The position numbers and the translations under genes were made by a program. Of a stretch of 48,514 nucleotides of DNA, positions 34,170 to 46,802 are shown in pieces (the stretch's first letter is position 1; each line of letters starts with the position of its first letter). The stretch is from Octopus bimaculoides (Eukaryota). The notes beneath the pieces were generated by a model that worked only from the letters and a program-made list of their open reading frames with translations, made no database searches and was not told where the DNA came from. The DNA lies in the NCBI RefSeq assembly GCF_001194135.2, contig NC_068985.1:13505222-13553735 (forward strand), given 5' to 3'.

Positions 34170-36174
34170 TTATTAATATTTCTAAGTCTCTCTAAAGGAG
34201 ACTACGACAGCGGTACTGGAAATTAATAGTCATCGCCAAGCCAACATGGCAGTCCCAAAATTAGGACGAAAGCTGCCGTGAATTAGCTCCAAGAAGCCAT
34301 CGCCTCTAGCTAGCTATGTGACACACGAAACCTGTGTCCTTTATAACCTTCGAACAGGGGAGGTCAGCAGTGTCCCCCTGCTGGTTTGGCATCTGCAGAC
34401 TAGTTTCAGGGTGTTGCCCCTTNNNNNNNNNNNNNNNNNNNNNNNNNNNNNNNNNNNNNNNNNNNNNNNNNNNNNNNNNNNNNNNNNNNNNNNNNNNNNN
34501 NNNNNNNNNNNNNNNNNNNNNNNNNNNNNNNNNNNNNNNNNNNNNNNNNNNNNNNNNNNNNNNNNNNNNNNNNNNNNNNNNNNNNNNNNNNNNNNNNNNN
34601 NNNNNNNNNNNNNNNNNNNNNNNNNNNNNNNNNNNNNNNNNNNNNNNNNNNNNNNNNNNNNNNNNNNNNNNNNNNNNNNNNNNNNNNNNNNNNNNNNNNN
34701 NNNNNNNNNNNNNNNNNNNNNNNNNNNNNNNNNNNNNNNNNNNNNNNNNNNNNNNNNNNNNNNNNNNNNNNNNNNNNNNNNNNNNNNNNNNNNNNNNNNN
34801 NNNNNNNNNNNNNNNNNNNNNNNNNNNNNNNNNNNNNNNNNNNNNNNNNNNNNNNNNNNNNNNNNNNNNNNNNNNNNNNNNNNNNNNNNNNNNNNNNNNN
34901 NNNNNNNNNNNNNNNNNNNNNNNNNNNNNNNNNNNNNNNNNNNNNNNNNNNNNNNNNNNNNNNNNNNNNNNNNNNNNNNNNNNNNNNNNNNNNNNNNNNN
35001 NNNNNNNNNNNNNNNNNNNNNNNNNNNNNNNNNNNNNNNNNNNNNNNNNNNNNNNNNNNNNNNNNNNNNNNNNNNNNNNNNNNNNNNNNNNNNNNNNNNN
35101 NNNNNNNNNNNNNNNNGGCAACATTTAAAATTCAAGTGGGAAGAAGAATACATAAAAGTCCATCTTGACATAGCCAAGGCTAGCAGGCTAGTAATTAGTT
35201 TTAGGTAGAATTCTAACTGTCTCTGATTTTATTGTCTCTTATCTAGTGGTTATAGTATAAGAAGCAATCCCTTCTAAGGAAAGGGAAGGTGTAAGCAGTA
35301 TACATGGATATAGTTATAAAGGTTTCTCTGGTCAGAGTGGCAACACTATTTTAGGTTGGGTTTTTTACTGCTATCATAATGTTGGGGAATTAAAACCTTA
35401 AGCATTTAGGTCAACAGGGCTTTTTCTTTAGTCTGAATAAAGCATCAGTATTGTTATACATATACTAAGTATGGGAAATTTATAGATATCAATATTAGCT
35501 TAATTAATATGTTAATAATAAGAAGTATGCTAATAATAAAATTGTTAATAATAGAAATGTAATTAGCTTATACAAAAAACCCTGAAGTAGTGTCAATTTT
35601 GAATTCAAAGGCTATTGATAAGGTGTAAAGTTTAAGATTATTATATATNNNNNNNNNNNNNNNNNNNNNNNNNNNNNNNNNNNNNNNNNNNNNNNNNNNN
35701 NNNNNNNNNNNNNNNNNNNNNNNNNNNNNNNNNNNNNNNNNNNNNNNNNNNNNNNNNNNNNNNNNNNNNNNNNNNNNNNNNNNNNNNNNNNNNNNNNNNN
35801 NNNNNNNNNNNNNNNNNNNNNNNNNNNNNNNNNNNNNNNNNNNNNNNNNNNNNNNNNNNNNNNNNNNNNNNNNNNNNNNNNNNNNNNNNNNNNNNNNNNN
35901 NNNNNNNNNNNNNNNNNNNNNNNNNNNNNNNNNNNNNNNNNNNNNNNNNNNNNNNNNNNNNNNNNNNNNNNNNNNNNNNNNNNNNNNNNNNNNNNNNNNN
36001 NNNNNNNNNNNNNNNNNNNNNNNNNNNNNNNNNNNNNNNNNNNNNNNNNNNNNNNNNNNNNNNNNNNNNNNNNNNNNNNNNNNNNNNNNNNNNNNNNNNN
36101 NNNNNNNNNNNNNNNNNNNNNNNNNNNNNNNNNNNNNNNNNNNNNNNNNNNNNNNNNNNNNNNNNNNNNNNNNN

Positions 36175-36544
36175 GTAATCTCTTCGATTCCCTTCACATC
36201 TTGAAATCTTGCTCTTTTCAAATGGGATTTAATTTTTGCCTTGCTTTCGGGGCCATACCCATAGACCCACGAATCATCACCTACTGTGACTATTTTTTTC
36301 AAAACGTTTTTGTCTTTCGCAACACAGTGAAAGAGATCCTGCGCAGCGCACCTGAAAACCGGTCTTCTTTTTTTGAGACGACCACACTCTACACACTTTA
36401 CTTCTAGACTCTGCTATAAAGCAACGGAAGTAAGTGAGAACGTTATAACGTAATGTGCATGCGTGGCAGAGTTAGCATCCGTGTCATGCAGCTTCACTCC
36501 GTTACTTTAGCAACAGCGCCGGTACTTTGGGATCAGACTTCATA
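36175..36544 (-). mobile_element. Internally deleted mariner element (5' TIR plus fused transposase pieces), cut by an N-gap
   Basis: TIR-like TATGAAGTCTGATCCCAAAGTACC. The translation AQDLFHCVAKDKNVLKKIVTVGDDSWVYGYGPESKA|KIKSHLKRARFQDVKGIEEI joins the first catalytic D motif (GDETWVYGY) to the C-terminal LKGRRF motif. Confidence 0.82.
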
Positions 36545-36710
36545 CATATATACACACTTATATTTGTATACATGCGTTTGTATGTAGTTGTGTGTGCTTG
36601 TGTTCTCGTACAGGCACAAACACAACCATGTGTCAAAGAAATCCGCTTCGAAACCACGTGCTTTGGATTCAGTCCCATCTCGCAGCATTTTCCACAAAAA
36701 TGTCTTCGCG

Positions 36711-37120
36711 CAGGAGTGGCTGTGTGGTAAGTAGCTTGCTTACGAACCACATAGTACCGGGTTCAGTCCCACTGCGTGGCACCTTGGGCAAGCGTCTTCT
36801 ACTATAGCCTCGGGCCGACCAAAGCCTTGTGAGTGGATTTGGTAGACGGAAACTGAAAGAAGCCCGTCGCATATATGTATATATGTATGTGTGTGTATAT
36901 GTTTGTGTGTCTGTTTGTCCCCCCAACATCGCTTGAAAACCGATGCTGGTGTGTTTACGTCCCCGTAACTTAGCGATTCGGCAATAAGTAATAGGCTTAC
37001 AAAGATAGAATAAGTAATAGGCTTACAAAGAATAAGTCCTGGGGTCGATTTGCTCGACGAAAGGCGATGCTCCAGCATCGCCGCAGTCAAAGGACTGAAA
37101 CAAGTAAAAGTGTAAAAGTG
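36711..37120 (+). mobile_element. SINE family B copy with an internal ~27-bp duplication, following an older degenerate family B head
   Basis: Matches 29125-29530; AATAAGTAATAGGCTTACAAAGA occurs twice at ~36983-37032. Confidence 0.9.
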
Positions 37121-39189
37121 TATAGCTGTCGACCGACTAATGTATTGTGATTCAATTTATAAGTGGAAACTTTAACTTAGCTCACTGCGTATGTGTATGC
37201 ATTTGTATTTGTATCTGCGTGTATGGGTGAACGTCTGTTTGTCTGTGTTTGTCTCTCCGCATTTTGTCTTCATGTGATACCGCTTGTTCGTCAGTGAGTT
37301 TTTGACATCTCGGTAACTGCGTCGTTAAGCTCATGGCGTTCAACAATGTAACAATTTATGGAGCAAAACAATATATATTTAGAGTCAATATTATTCTCCT
37401 GTATAAACATGAGCCTCTAGAATAAAATTTTGAGGAAGTCCGTTTTAAATATTGCAGTAGTCATCCTTGATAGTTTATTTGCCCATCGTTACACAATGAA
37501 GCTATTTTTATTCTATCATCTCATTGTACGTTGATTAAGATCCCTATAATAAATTAACAATGGCCTCATGAGACTGTCATCTCAAGCATTACAACGTAAT
37601 ACTATTGGGATTCGATCATTAGATGTTTTGAATCTGTGGACAGCTTTTTTATGCTGTTATTAATATTAATGTTCTCTGTCATTTCCTTTCAGTGTAGACG
37701 GTTTCATAGCCTTAAAGATTTCTTTTAAACAATAGGAACCATTTTGTTTTCAATTACTACAGTTGGTTGCAAAGTAAAATTTTCTTACCGTTTGATCCAC
37801 TCCCGCCATTACAATATGATATTATGTTGAAAGCTTAGATTTTTAAATTTTTCCAAGCTATTCCTCACCACTCGAAAACCAAGATTCTCGTAGATTAGAC
37901 TTTTGATTTGAAATAATCATTTTATTATAAACTCTTACGGCTTTTGTCTTCTATTCAAAATAATAGATCTTTTAACATCGCTTCCATAATCTTAGTAATT
38001 ATGTATGATGTATGTTTTAAACTTTATTGAAGTTGCTGCGATTATGTTAGCACAGATATGTTTCTCTTTTAATTGTTCAAACAGTTGCTTCGCTTACATT
38101 AAATAAATCATTTCGCAGATTCATTCAACCCTGTTCCCTTTGGAAGTTAGTTTTACACTTTAATTTTTATTTCTAGAAAAATAAACTTTGTTGTCCGTGT
38201 TTCGCTTGACATTTGAAACTATCATTCACTATCAAAAATATTTTGCAAAATATAGAAAAATAAGACTAACCTAGGTACTACTTCCGCGTGCAGACTACCT
38301 CGTTATCGCAGAAAAGTAATTAAAGAAATCAAAACGGAAACGATGATAATGAAATGATGGCTTTCGTAATGGTAAAACAAATCGAACAAAACAAAAATGG
38401 TTCTGAAATGATTTTGAATGTATAACTCAAGGGTCTGCTGTGTCTGCATGTGTGCATATATGAGTGTGCGTACGTATGCGTATGTCACTATGTGTGCGTG
38501 TTTATGAATTATCGAACACATTAGTGATGGCTTCCGTTTTCTAACAAATAATGATTAACTATGATATGCAAAAATGAATATAAATTATGAGGAATTTCGT
38601 ATAACAATAATCTATGTATTGAATGGTAAATTGATATAAAATCCTAATAGGTATTTTGAAATAATAATTCGTTTAATTTTGTGGTTTAATTCAGGATGGT
38701 GAGTATCACACAACTGCTTAGCGCTGTTATTGGATCTTCGCATATGTAGCGTTGTTGACAGCAATTGTCGAAATGATTGTGCATCACGATTGCTAAGAGA
38801 TGACGACGACAATTATTGTGAATCGATATCAAGAAACAAATAAGCATCATATACATCCATTTTGTGCTTGGTTGTCAACAGTGGCGGACAATACTGTTAC
38901 TGCCGTTTCCATTAACCTTTTCTGTTTGAATCAAGTATCCAGTTGATCCAATTCTACGCAATATTTCCACTAATCCATTTAGTTTTGTTTCGATAATTCA
39001 AGGCCAATGTAAAAGGTATTGGAAATGTTCGTCTTTATTTTCTTCCTTTTGGTAAGTATAATGGTCATAATAACATTAACACTCGTGGTTGGTTGCCATG
39101 CAGCACACGTAAGCTAAAGGTAGTGCCGGACGAAATGAGAATACAGAATTTGATTGCTTTCAACCAGTGAATGATTTTCATGGCAGGCT

Positions 39190-39460
39190 TTTTCAATTCT
39201 TTGTGTGAACGATTGAATAAAACGCTCTTCTTCACCGTTTAAAACAGGATGAAAATGGATGACGTCAAACATCAAATGACAATTTGATTCTAAATTTGCT
39301 TAAATTTAGACGACATAAATTGTGTTCCATTGATAGATATAAATGCTTCCAATAGTCCCCAAGAGTTGAAAATTCTTAGGAGTAATATCAATGTTTCATT
39401 AGAAGTTATTGATGCAGTCGATACACTATATAAAATTTCGAGAATAAATGAAATTATGCC
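39190..39460 (-). pseudogene. Gypsy-type LTR retrotransposon integrase relic (may extend to ~39900)
   Basis: ITSNETLILLLRIFNSWGLLEAFISINGTQFMSSKFKQ and FHPVLNGEEERFIQSF match the rve motifs FG.PE.IVSDNGTQF.S.EF and YHP.SNG.AER.V.TF. Confidence 0.72.
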
Positions 39461-39967
39461 AATAAGTTATAGTAGTAGCTGTTTGTATTCTTTAGCAATA
39501 ATGATAATTTTTTATGACTTTAAATACTTCACTAAGTGGTGGATTTTCTCTAACGAAGACAAGTACATTGTACTTTTTCGTGACAATTCGATAAATTTTC
39601 AAACGATCGACCATACTCAAAGGATTATATTTGAATTTACAATCTCATGCCAATGATCTCATCTCATTTTCTCAATAATTATCAAATTGACTGGTTTTCA
39701 TTGCACATTAGGGAAATTTATTAGACATGATCGGTCATTTTATCAGAAATTGTTTTATAAGACTCTTTTGTCTGGTTCTCGAAGACAGAAAAAGTTGGTA
39801 TATTAAATCATCAGATTCTTACATCTAAGATCGAAGATGCGGTTTCGTTTAATCGATGTCGAGAACGCTGTACGATTTGAAAGCGGTTTAAGATAATCCT
39901 AAGAAATTTCATAAGTATCATGATTATTATCGATTTGCTAAGAAAAAATAGAGGTAGAAGCAGCAGT

Positions 39968-39979
39968 ATGTAGATAGAT

Positions 39980-40036
<57 letters not shown>

Positions 40037-40063
40037 GACAGACAGACAGACAGATAGATGGAT

Positions 40064-40122
<59 letters not shown>

Positions 40123-40184
40123 CAGAGAGAGAGACAGAGACAGACAGACAGACAGATAGATGGATAGAGAGAGAGAGGGAGAGG

Positions 40185-40230
<46 letters not shown>

Positions 40231-40283
40231 TAGATGGATAGAGAGAGAGAAAGATAGACAGAGAGACAGACAGACAGACAGAC
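39968..40283. repeat. Complex (GA)/(GACA)/(GATA) satellite with higher-order repeats
   Basis: Block GACAGACAGATAGATGGATAGAGAGAGAG occurs 3 times. Confidence 0.92.
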
Positions 40284-40374
40284 ATGAGCAAGGTTGTAGT
40301 CAAAAAAGTTTTCTGAAATACAGAAAGTACGTTTTCCATTTGTCAGTTGTGAATATCCACGAAATAATCATACT

Positions 40375-40536
40375 TTTTCGCATTTTTTTTCGGTAAAAAC
40401 CTTCCTGATTGCCTCCTTCGTAATCCCGAAAAGCATCGTGATTATATTGGTCCAGCCATTTGACTATGAAGAGGGAACAGACAGACGGACAGACAGATGG
40501 ACAGACAGACGGACATAACGCCCATTATAGTAAGAT
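40375..40536 (-). mobile_element. 5' end of a DINE-1/Helitron-like non-autonomous element
   Basis: Minus strand reads ATCTTACTATAAT...(GTCT/GTCC)n...AAATGGCTGGACCAAT, the same layout as 9326-9676. Confidence 0.45.
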
Positions 40537-40899
40537 GACCATTGCTTATTAATGACTTACAAATTGAATATGACATTTTAGCCCAGCTAATGATTTGCAG
40601 CTTTTAACAGAAATATTGTGTCCAGTCCCAGATAAATGCAATGCAGAACCATCATAATTGGCTTTGTATATTAATATATATCTCTTCAAATCACAAATAG
40701 AAAAGTCTTACTAATGAGCTGAGATACAAATAAATCCCTTACCGCGTCTAGCTTCATAACTAACATTTTGTGTATTCAAATATTCAAAACCAGACTCCAA
40801 CCGAATAAGTATATTATCGACTAGTTAATAACTTGAATACAAGTCAGTAAAGCTATATGAAAACCATCGAAATATCCAACATTTGAGAACCAGCCGGTA

Positions 40900-41508
40900 T
40901 ACGAGGTTTGATTAATAAGAATCCGGACTGTTACCATCGTAACGAAGCTAAAGCATGTAGAGTGAAGCCGCTTGTCACAGATTGACTTTGACTACTGCTG
41001 TGCATCCGCACAATCTATGTACAGCAGTGCTTGCAAGGAAGGTGCGTAACGTGTGATCGTCGCATTGACCATGACAGAAAAAGTTGTCATGGCGATACCT
41101 GCTCAGAGGCCTACGCTAAGTTGCAGAAAGTCTGTGGAAGGGAGTGTATGAGTCGCACACAAGTGCATGAGTGGTTCAGACGGTTCCAAGATGGCCGAAA
41201 AAATGTCGATAGTAACGAACGTTCTGGGAGACATGCAGCCAGCAGAATTGATAAAAACATAGAAGTTGTGCGTACATGATAAAACATAGCAGATGTGCGT
41301 GAGGGGAAAATCGTCGAATCACCATCTGTGGGTAAGCGGAGGATGTGCAGATTAGTTACGATTCAGTTCAGTCCATTATCACTGAAGATTTGAGTACGAG
41401 ACACGTGTCTGCCAAGTTTGTACCAAAACTGCTTTCAGATCACCAAAAAGACAATCGGATTTCAGTTACTATGGCAACAGTCCGAATATATATTGATCAT
41501 ATCACGTA
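40900..41508 (+). mobile_element. Internally deleted mariner element with both TIRs and TA target
   Basis: Left TACGAGGTTTGATTAATAAGAATCCGGACTGTTACCATCGTAAC versus right (reverse complement) TACGTGATATGATCAATATATATTCGGACTGTTGCCATAGTAAC. Carries the HTH region EAYAKLQKVCGRECMSRTQVHEWFRRFQDGRKNVDSNERSGR and RHVSAKFVPKLLS; the DDE domain is absent. Confidence 0.88.
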
Positions 41509-41853
41509 CACATATACCCGCAATACCCGCACGTTGTAAGCAATAAGCCTTTATTAGATTTTGTTGTTTCGTGTAACCATAAACGATTGACAAATCCAAC
41601 CATACCAAGATACACTTACTTATAAGCTGAACGTTATGATGGGCTTATTTCTATCGATTGTCCTTCCTTCTTTTGTGCTGGGTTGATTTTTTGCATCTTT
41701 AGTGCGATCGTTTTCAAAATTCTTAAATACGTTGAGTATATTTTTCTTTATCAAACCCGATCGTTAACACTTATTCCATCATTCAACATGAATACTAACA
41801 AATTTATATTGTTGTATACATACGCACACACACATATATGTGTGTGTGTGTGC

Positions 41854-41887
<34 letters not shown>

Positions 41888-42790
41888 GGGAGAATATACA
41901 AATAATAACAACAGACGAGGACAGGTGGTGTAAATAACAAAAGGATATATTAGTATGACGCTCGGGAATACNNNNNNNNNNNNNNNNNNNNNNNNNNNNN
42001 NNNNNNNNNNNNNNNNNNNNNNNNNNNNNNNNNNNNNNNNNNNNNNNNNNNNNNNNNNNNNNNNNNNNNNNNNNNNNNNNNNNNNNNNNNNNNNNNNNNN
42101 NNNNNNNNNNNNNNNNNNNNNNNNNNNNNNNNNNNNNNNNNNNNNNNNNNNNNNNNNNNNNNNNNNNNNNNNNNNNNNNNNNNNNNNNNNNNNNNNNNNN
42201 NNNNNNNNNNNNNNNNNNNNNNNNNNNNNNNNNNNNNNNNNNNNNNNNNNNNNNNNNNNNNNNNNNNNNNNNNNNNNNNNNNNNNNNNNNNNNNNNNNNN
42301 NNNNNNNNNNNNNNNNNNNNNNNNNNNNNNNNNNNNNNNNNNNNNNNNNNNNNNNNNNNNNNNNNNNNNNNNNNNNNNNNNNNNNNNNNNNNNNNNNNNN
42401 NNNNNNNNNNNNNNNNNNNNNNNNNNNNNNNNNNNNNNNNNNNNNNNNNNNNNNNNNNNNNNNNNNNNNNNNNNNNNNNNNNNNNNNNNNNNNNNNNNNN
42501 NNNNNNNNNNNNNNNNNNNNNNNNNNNNNNNNNNNNNNNNNNNNNNNNNNNNNNNNNNNNNNNNNNNNNNNNNNNNNNNNNNNNNNNNNNNNNNNNNNNN
42601 NNNNNNNNNNNNNNNNNNNNNNNNNNNNNNNNNNNNNNNNNNNNNNNNNNNNNNNNNNNNNNNNNNNNNNNNNNNNNNNNNNNNNNNNNNNNNNNNNNNN
42701 NNNNNNNNNNNNNNNNNNNNNNNNNNNNNNNNNNNNNNNNNNNNNNNNNNNNNNNNNNNNNNNNNNNNNNNNNNNNNNNNNNNNATATAC

Positions 42791-42831
<41 letters not shown>

Positions 42832-44504
42832 AATCAGAGAGATTCAGAAAATATCTGAGATCTCAAGGGATTATTGTATATGTATATATAATGACGGCCA
42901 CTAGGTTGACTGTTTATGTGCTAGAAGAAGATCACATATAATGTGTCTACTAAGACCTAATACTTCTAATTGAAACAGCCGTAAGGGATGATGATTGAAT
43001 TGTTGTTGCTTGAACTGGAATAAGAAAATTGTGCGAATCTGCTTTTTGTCCATGTTTTATTCAACATTCCAAACAAAATGGCCTAATTATTCAAAAAGAA
43101 AAAGAGTACCACGATTAGATAGAGCAAACAATGGGCTTTAAAATGATATATAAAGTCAAAGTAATTTAACGAAAATTAATTTGAAAAGGCATCATTTAAA
43201 ACTAAAATTAAAAATTCCGCATGAACTTTCTTGACAACCTAACATATATATATATGTATGTATATATATATATATATATAGCATATCTTGTAGTTACTTT
43301 AAATTCTGTTCGTTTATATTTATTACGTTCACCTCTAATTTCCATACTGCTCAACTCTCAATTTTCAGAGAGAAATTGCCAATTCTTAATAAAATTGCCT
43401 ATATTTATCGCAAAGAGACCTGCAGACGTGTATTTACATACTTATTCATAGACGCAGCCACGGAAGGATTTTAACTGAGTGTTACTAATGAACTTAGTTA
43501 TAAGTAACGGTAGACATTTTATATGTATGTTACCATATCTTGTGTCATTGCTAACCTTCTCTTATATTCAAATATTCAAAAAACCAGTCTGGAATAGAAT
43601 AAGTATGTCGTGACCAATAACGAAAAATAAATGTCAGCATAAGCGGCTGAATAGAACTGGAATTGGAAACTATTTTACTTATTTGAGAACCATTTCGAGT
43701 ACATTGACACCTCACAAACATACACGCATGCATACACATATATGCATACATACATACATACAGACATACGACCTCACAAACAAGCATATATATATACGTA
43801 TATATATATATATATATATNNNNNNNNNNNNNNNNNNNNNNNNNNNNNNNNNNNNNNNNNNNNNNNNNNNNNNNNNNNNNNNNNNNNNNNNNNNNNNNNN
43901 NNNNNNNNNNNNNNNNNNNNNNNNNNNNNNNNNNNNNNNNNNNNNNNNNNNNNNNNNNNNNNNNNNNNNNNNNNNNNNNNNNNNNNNNNNNNNNNNNNNN
44001 NNNNNNNNNNNNNNNNNNNNNNNNNNNNNNNNNNNNNNNNNNNNNNNNNNNNNNNNNNNNNNNNNNNNNNNNNNNNNNNNNNNNNNNNNNNNNNNNNNNN
44101 NNNNNNNNNNNNNNNNNNNNNNNNNNNNNNNNNNNNNNNNNNNNNNNNNNNNNNNNNNNNNNNNNNNNNNNNNNNNNNNNNNNNNNNNNNNNNNNNNNNN
44201 NNNNNNNNNNNNNNNNNNNNNNNNNNNNNNNNNNNNNNNNNNNNNNNNNNNNNNNNNNNNNNNNNNNNNNNNNNNNNNNNNNNNNNNNNNNNNNNNNNNN
44301 NNNNNNNNNNNNNNNNNNNNNNNNNNNNNNNNNNNNNNNNNNNNNNNNNNNNNNNNNNNNNNNNNNNNNNNNNNNNNNNNNNNNNNNNNNNNNNNNNNNN
44401 NNNNNNNNNNNNNNNNNNNNNNNNNNNNNNNNNNNNNNNNNNNNNNNNNNNNNNNNNNNNNNNNNNNNNNNNNNNNNNNNNNNNNNNNNNNNNTAATGGG
44501 GTCG

Positions 44505-44590
44505 ATTCATTTTGGCTAAAAATTCAACGCGGTGCCCCAGCTTGGCCGCAGTCTAATGACTGAAACAAGTAAAAGATAAAAGATAAAGAA
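44505..44590 (+). mobile_element. SINE family B tail fragment
   Basis: GGGGTCGATTC...GCGGTGCCCCAGCTTGGCCGCAGTCTAATGACTGAAACAAGTAAAAGATAAA. Confidence 0.8.
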
Positions 44591-45224
44591 AAGACATACA
44601 TACATACATACATACATCCATACATACATACAGACCGTGCTATTAGGAGTTAATTTTGTCGCCTACATCGGTGGCTGACCCCGGGTAGCTCTGGTGTCGC
44701 ATTGGAAGGAGCCAAAACACATCTACAGCTACTTCAGTGCCTGGTGAATCATTGACCCCAGCATTTAGAGACAGAGTAAAGCAACACTCAGGACACAAGC
44801 GTTTACCCTAACTACAGGGGAAAAGGCTAAGCACTGGATTTGGTTAAAAACAGACGATGAACGATCGCTAGAAGAATATTGAGCTTTATTTGATAACAAG
44901 TTGATCTAGCAAGCGGGGCCTCATATCAGTGGGGGGGACGATGAGCATTGATGCCGTCGAGAGGTAGGCCCCGGAACGGCGCGTTTTCTCTCCTGGTGAC
45001 ACCATACACTTGCTGGCTTCCGGTATGTACGTACCTGAAATTGGTCGAGTAGGAGGGCAACGTCGGGAGCACCGAAACTGTATATGCGAACCCGGGCGAA
45101 CTTCTTCCACGGATATAGCTGGTATTTTGCAAGGATAATGGCTAGTGATGGTCTTCCACGGTCAAGAATGTATAGCCGTCATACATATACATATGTATAT
45201 ATACGTATAGCATATCGTATAATT

Positions 45225-45548
45225 GTGAAGACGCGTGGCTTAGTGGGTAGGGCATTCGGCTCACGATTGTAAGGTCGTGAGTTCAATTCCCGGGGACGTG
45301 TTGTGTCCTTGAGCAAGACACTTTATTTCGTGTTGCTCCAGTCCACTCAGCTGGCAAAAATGAGTAATATCTGTATGTTAAAGGGCCAGCCTTGTCGCAT
45401 TCTGTGGACACTGAATCCCCCTACGAACTACAATAAGGGTACGCGTGTCTGCGGAGTGCTCAGCCACTTGCACGTTAATTTCACGAGCAAGTTGCTCCGT
45501 TGATCGTATTTGCTGGGTCCCTCATTGTCGTAACCGACGGAGTGCTCC
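45225..45548 (+). mobile_element. SINE with family C head and family D tail
   Basis: Head and centre match 24874-25020; the tail (GGAGTGCTCAGCCACTTGCACGTTAATTTCACGAGCA...GACGGAGTGC) matches 14529-14700 (-). Confidence 0.85.
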
Positions 45549-45827
45549 TAAATGCTATAATCATAAACAGGGAAAATTTTATCCTTTTCTCCGCAGACTG
45601 AAAAAAAAAACAGTATGAAAAACCTCAATCGACTTTCGAACCTAACTGGTTTCTCATCAGAGTCAACTACATTATTCTGACAATTTTCCGAGAAACGAGT
45701 AGCCAAACTGTTTATATACTCAACAAATCCAGCAGTTACTCTATGAAAGAGTCCCTAATTTGCATACCGAAAGTGTTTAACACTCTATAATTACCAGCGG
45801 CCTGTCAACGGGGAGCTTAGTCCACAG

Positions 45828-45871
<44 letters not shown>

Positions 45872-46541
45872 GTGTTTGTGTGTACCCACGTATATATGTG
45901 TCTGTGTGTGTGTGTGTGTATACATTCATAAATATGAGGTTATGTTTCTATGCCAATGTATATGTGCGTGACGTATAAATATCTGTATGTAATTAAGAGA
46001 CGAAGAGAGCAACAGAGACAGGCAGAGCGAGAGAGAAATATTAACATTTCTCCCTGAGAAGTCTCAATTAGTTTAATTCTCTTCCTATTCTATTTCCTTT
46101 TTAAACATTGCATATATCTTGCGGCGTTTATATGATTTTCAGTAATATTTTCTGACGGGAAGCGGCAAACTATCAGCCATATATTTGAACTATTCATTAT
46201 TCGTGAACATAAATCCTGCGGTTATTATTATTTTATCTCATTCGCTTAAGGCGCTTAAATGGGTTTCATAAACAGTTTTATAATTACCATTTACAAATAT
46301 GATATTATTGAAATACAATTTAGTTATATAGGCTCCCACTCATTCAATTATATTGTTTTTGTCCTTCATTGCTGTCTTTGTTTCGAGACTTTATTCTCTG
46401 TCGTCTGCAATAGGTGTTATAGAATATTTGTTTACTTCTTGATTGTTTCAAGAGTGATGGTAAAGATGGCCGTGGTGATGGTAATCTTCATCGCCATCTT
46501 GAGGCAAGTTTTTCTGGTTCGTTGCATTATTTACTGTATCA

Positions 46542-46802
46542 CAGTGGTTTCCCAAACTTTTTCGAATTGCCGCCCCCTTGACGCCCAAGCCACATACCTA
46601 GCGGCACCACCCCACAGAGACCTCTTTCTGGAAGCAAATTCAAAGCAACTGTATTTCACAAATAAAACTTAAACTAATGAAACCATTATTTTGTTGTTTT
46701 ACATGAATTGCTACACCATTATCGCCCCACTTTTCTTCAACACCCCTTTAGAACTTTCCACCGGCTCCAGGGAAGTAATACCACCCACTTTGGGAACCAC
46801 TG
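46542..46802. mobile_element. hAT-type MITE
   Basis: TIRs CAGTGGTTTCCCAAA and TTTGGGAACCACTG; no 8-bp TSD is recognisable. Confidence 0.75.

Noticed and set aside
34200-34422. GC-richer segment beside a gap, possibly a repeat or LINE 5' end
   Set aside because: It is single-copy in this window, has no protein motif and is truncated by N, so it cannot be classified.
35117-35648. Possible mitochondrial insertion (NUMT) in an AT-rich contig between gaps
   Set aside because: No frame in the invertebrate mitochondrial code gave a recognisable gene motif, and no tRNA fold was found; left unassigned.
37937-37948. Other microexon-like AG...GT pairs (e.g. here on -, 11942-11953 on +, 22604-22611 on -)
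   Set aside because: The splice sites are weaker. Their frequency shows that such patterns arise by chance, which is why the retained exon candidates are scored low.
39330-39656. 108-aa plus-strand ORF (alternative start)
   Set aside because: It is antisense to the decayed Gypsy integrase and has no independent signal.
42915-42995. Possible fourth pseudo-LTR hammerhead (CTAGAAGA...GAAACAGCCGTA)
   Set aside because: The core and stems are too degenerate to support.
45621-45670. Hammerhead core boxes on the minus strand (CTGATGA-GAAACC..GGTTC-GAAA)
   Set aside because: Both boxes and a bulged stem II are present, but no NUH site with a stem I could be built (position 17 would be G). One such hit per window is plausible by chance.
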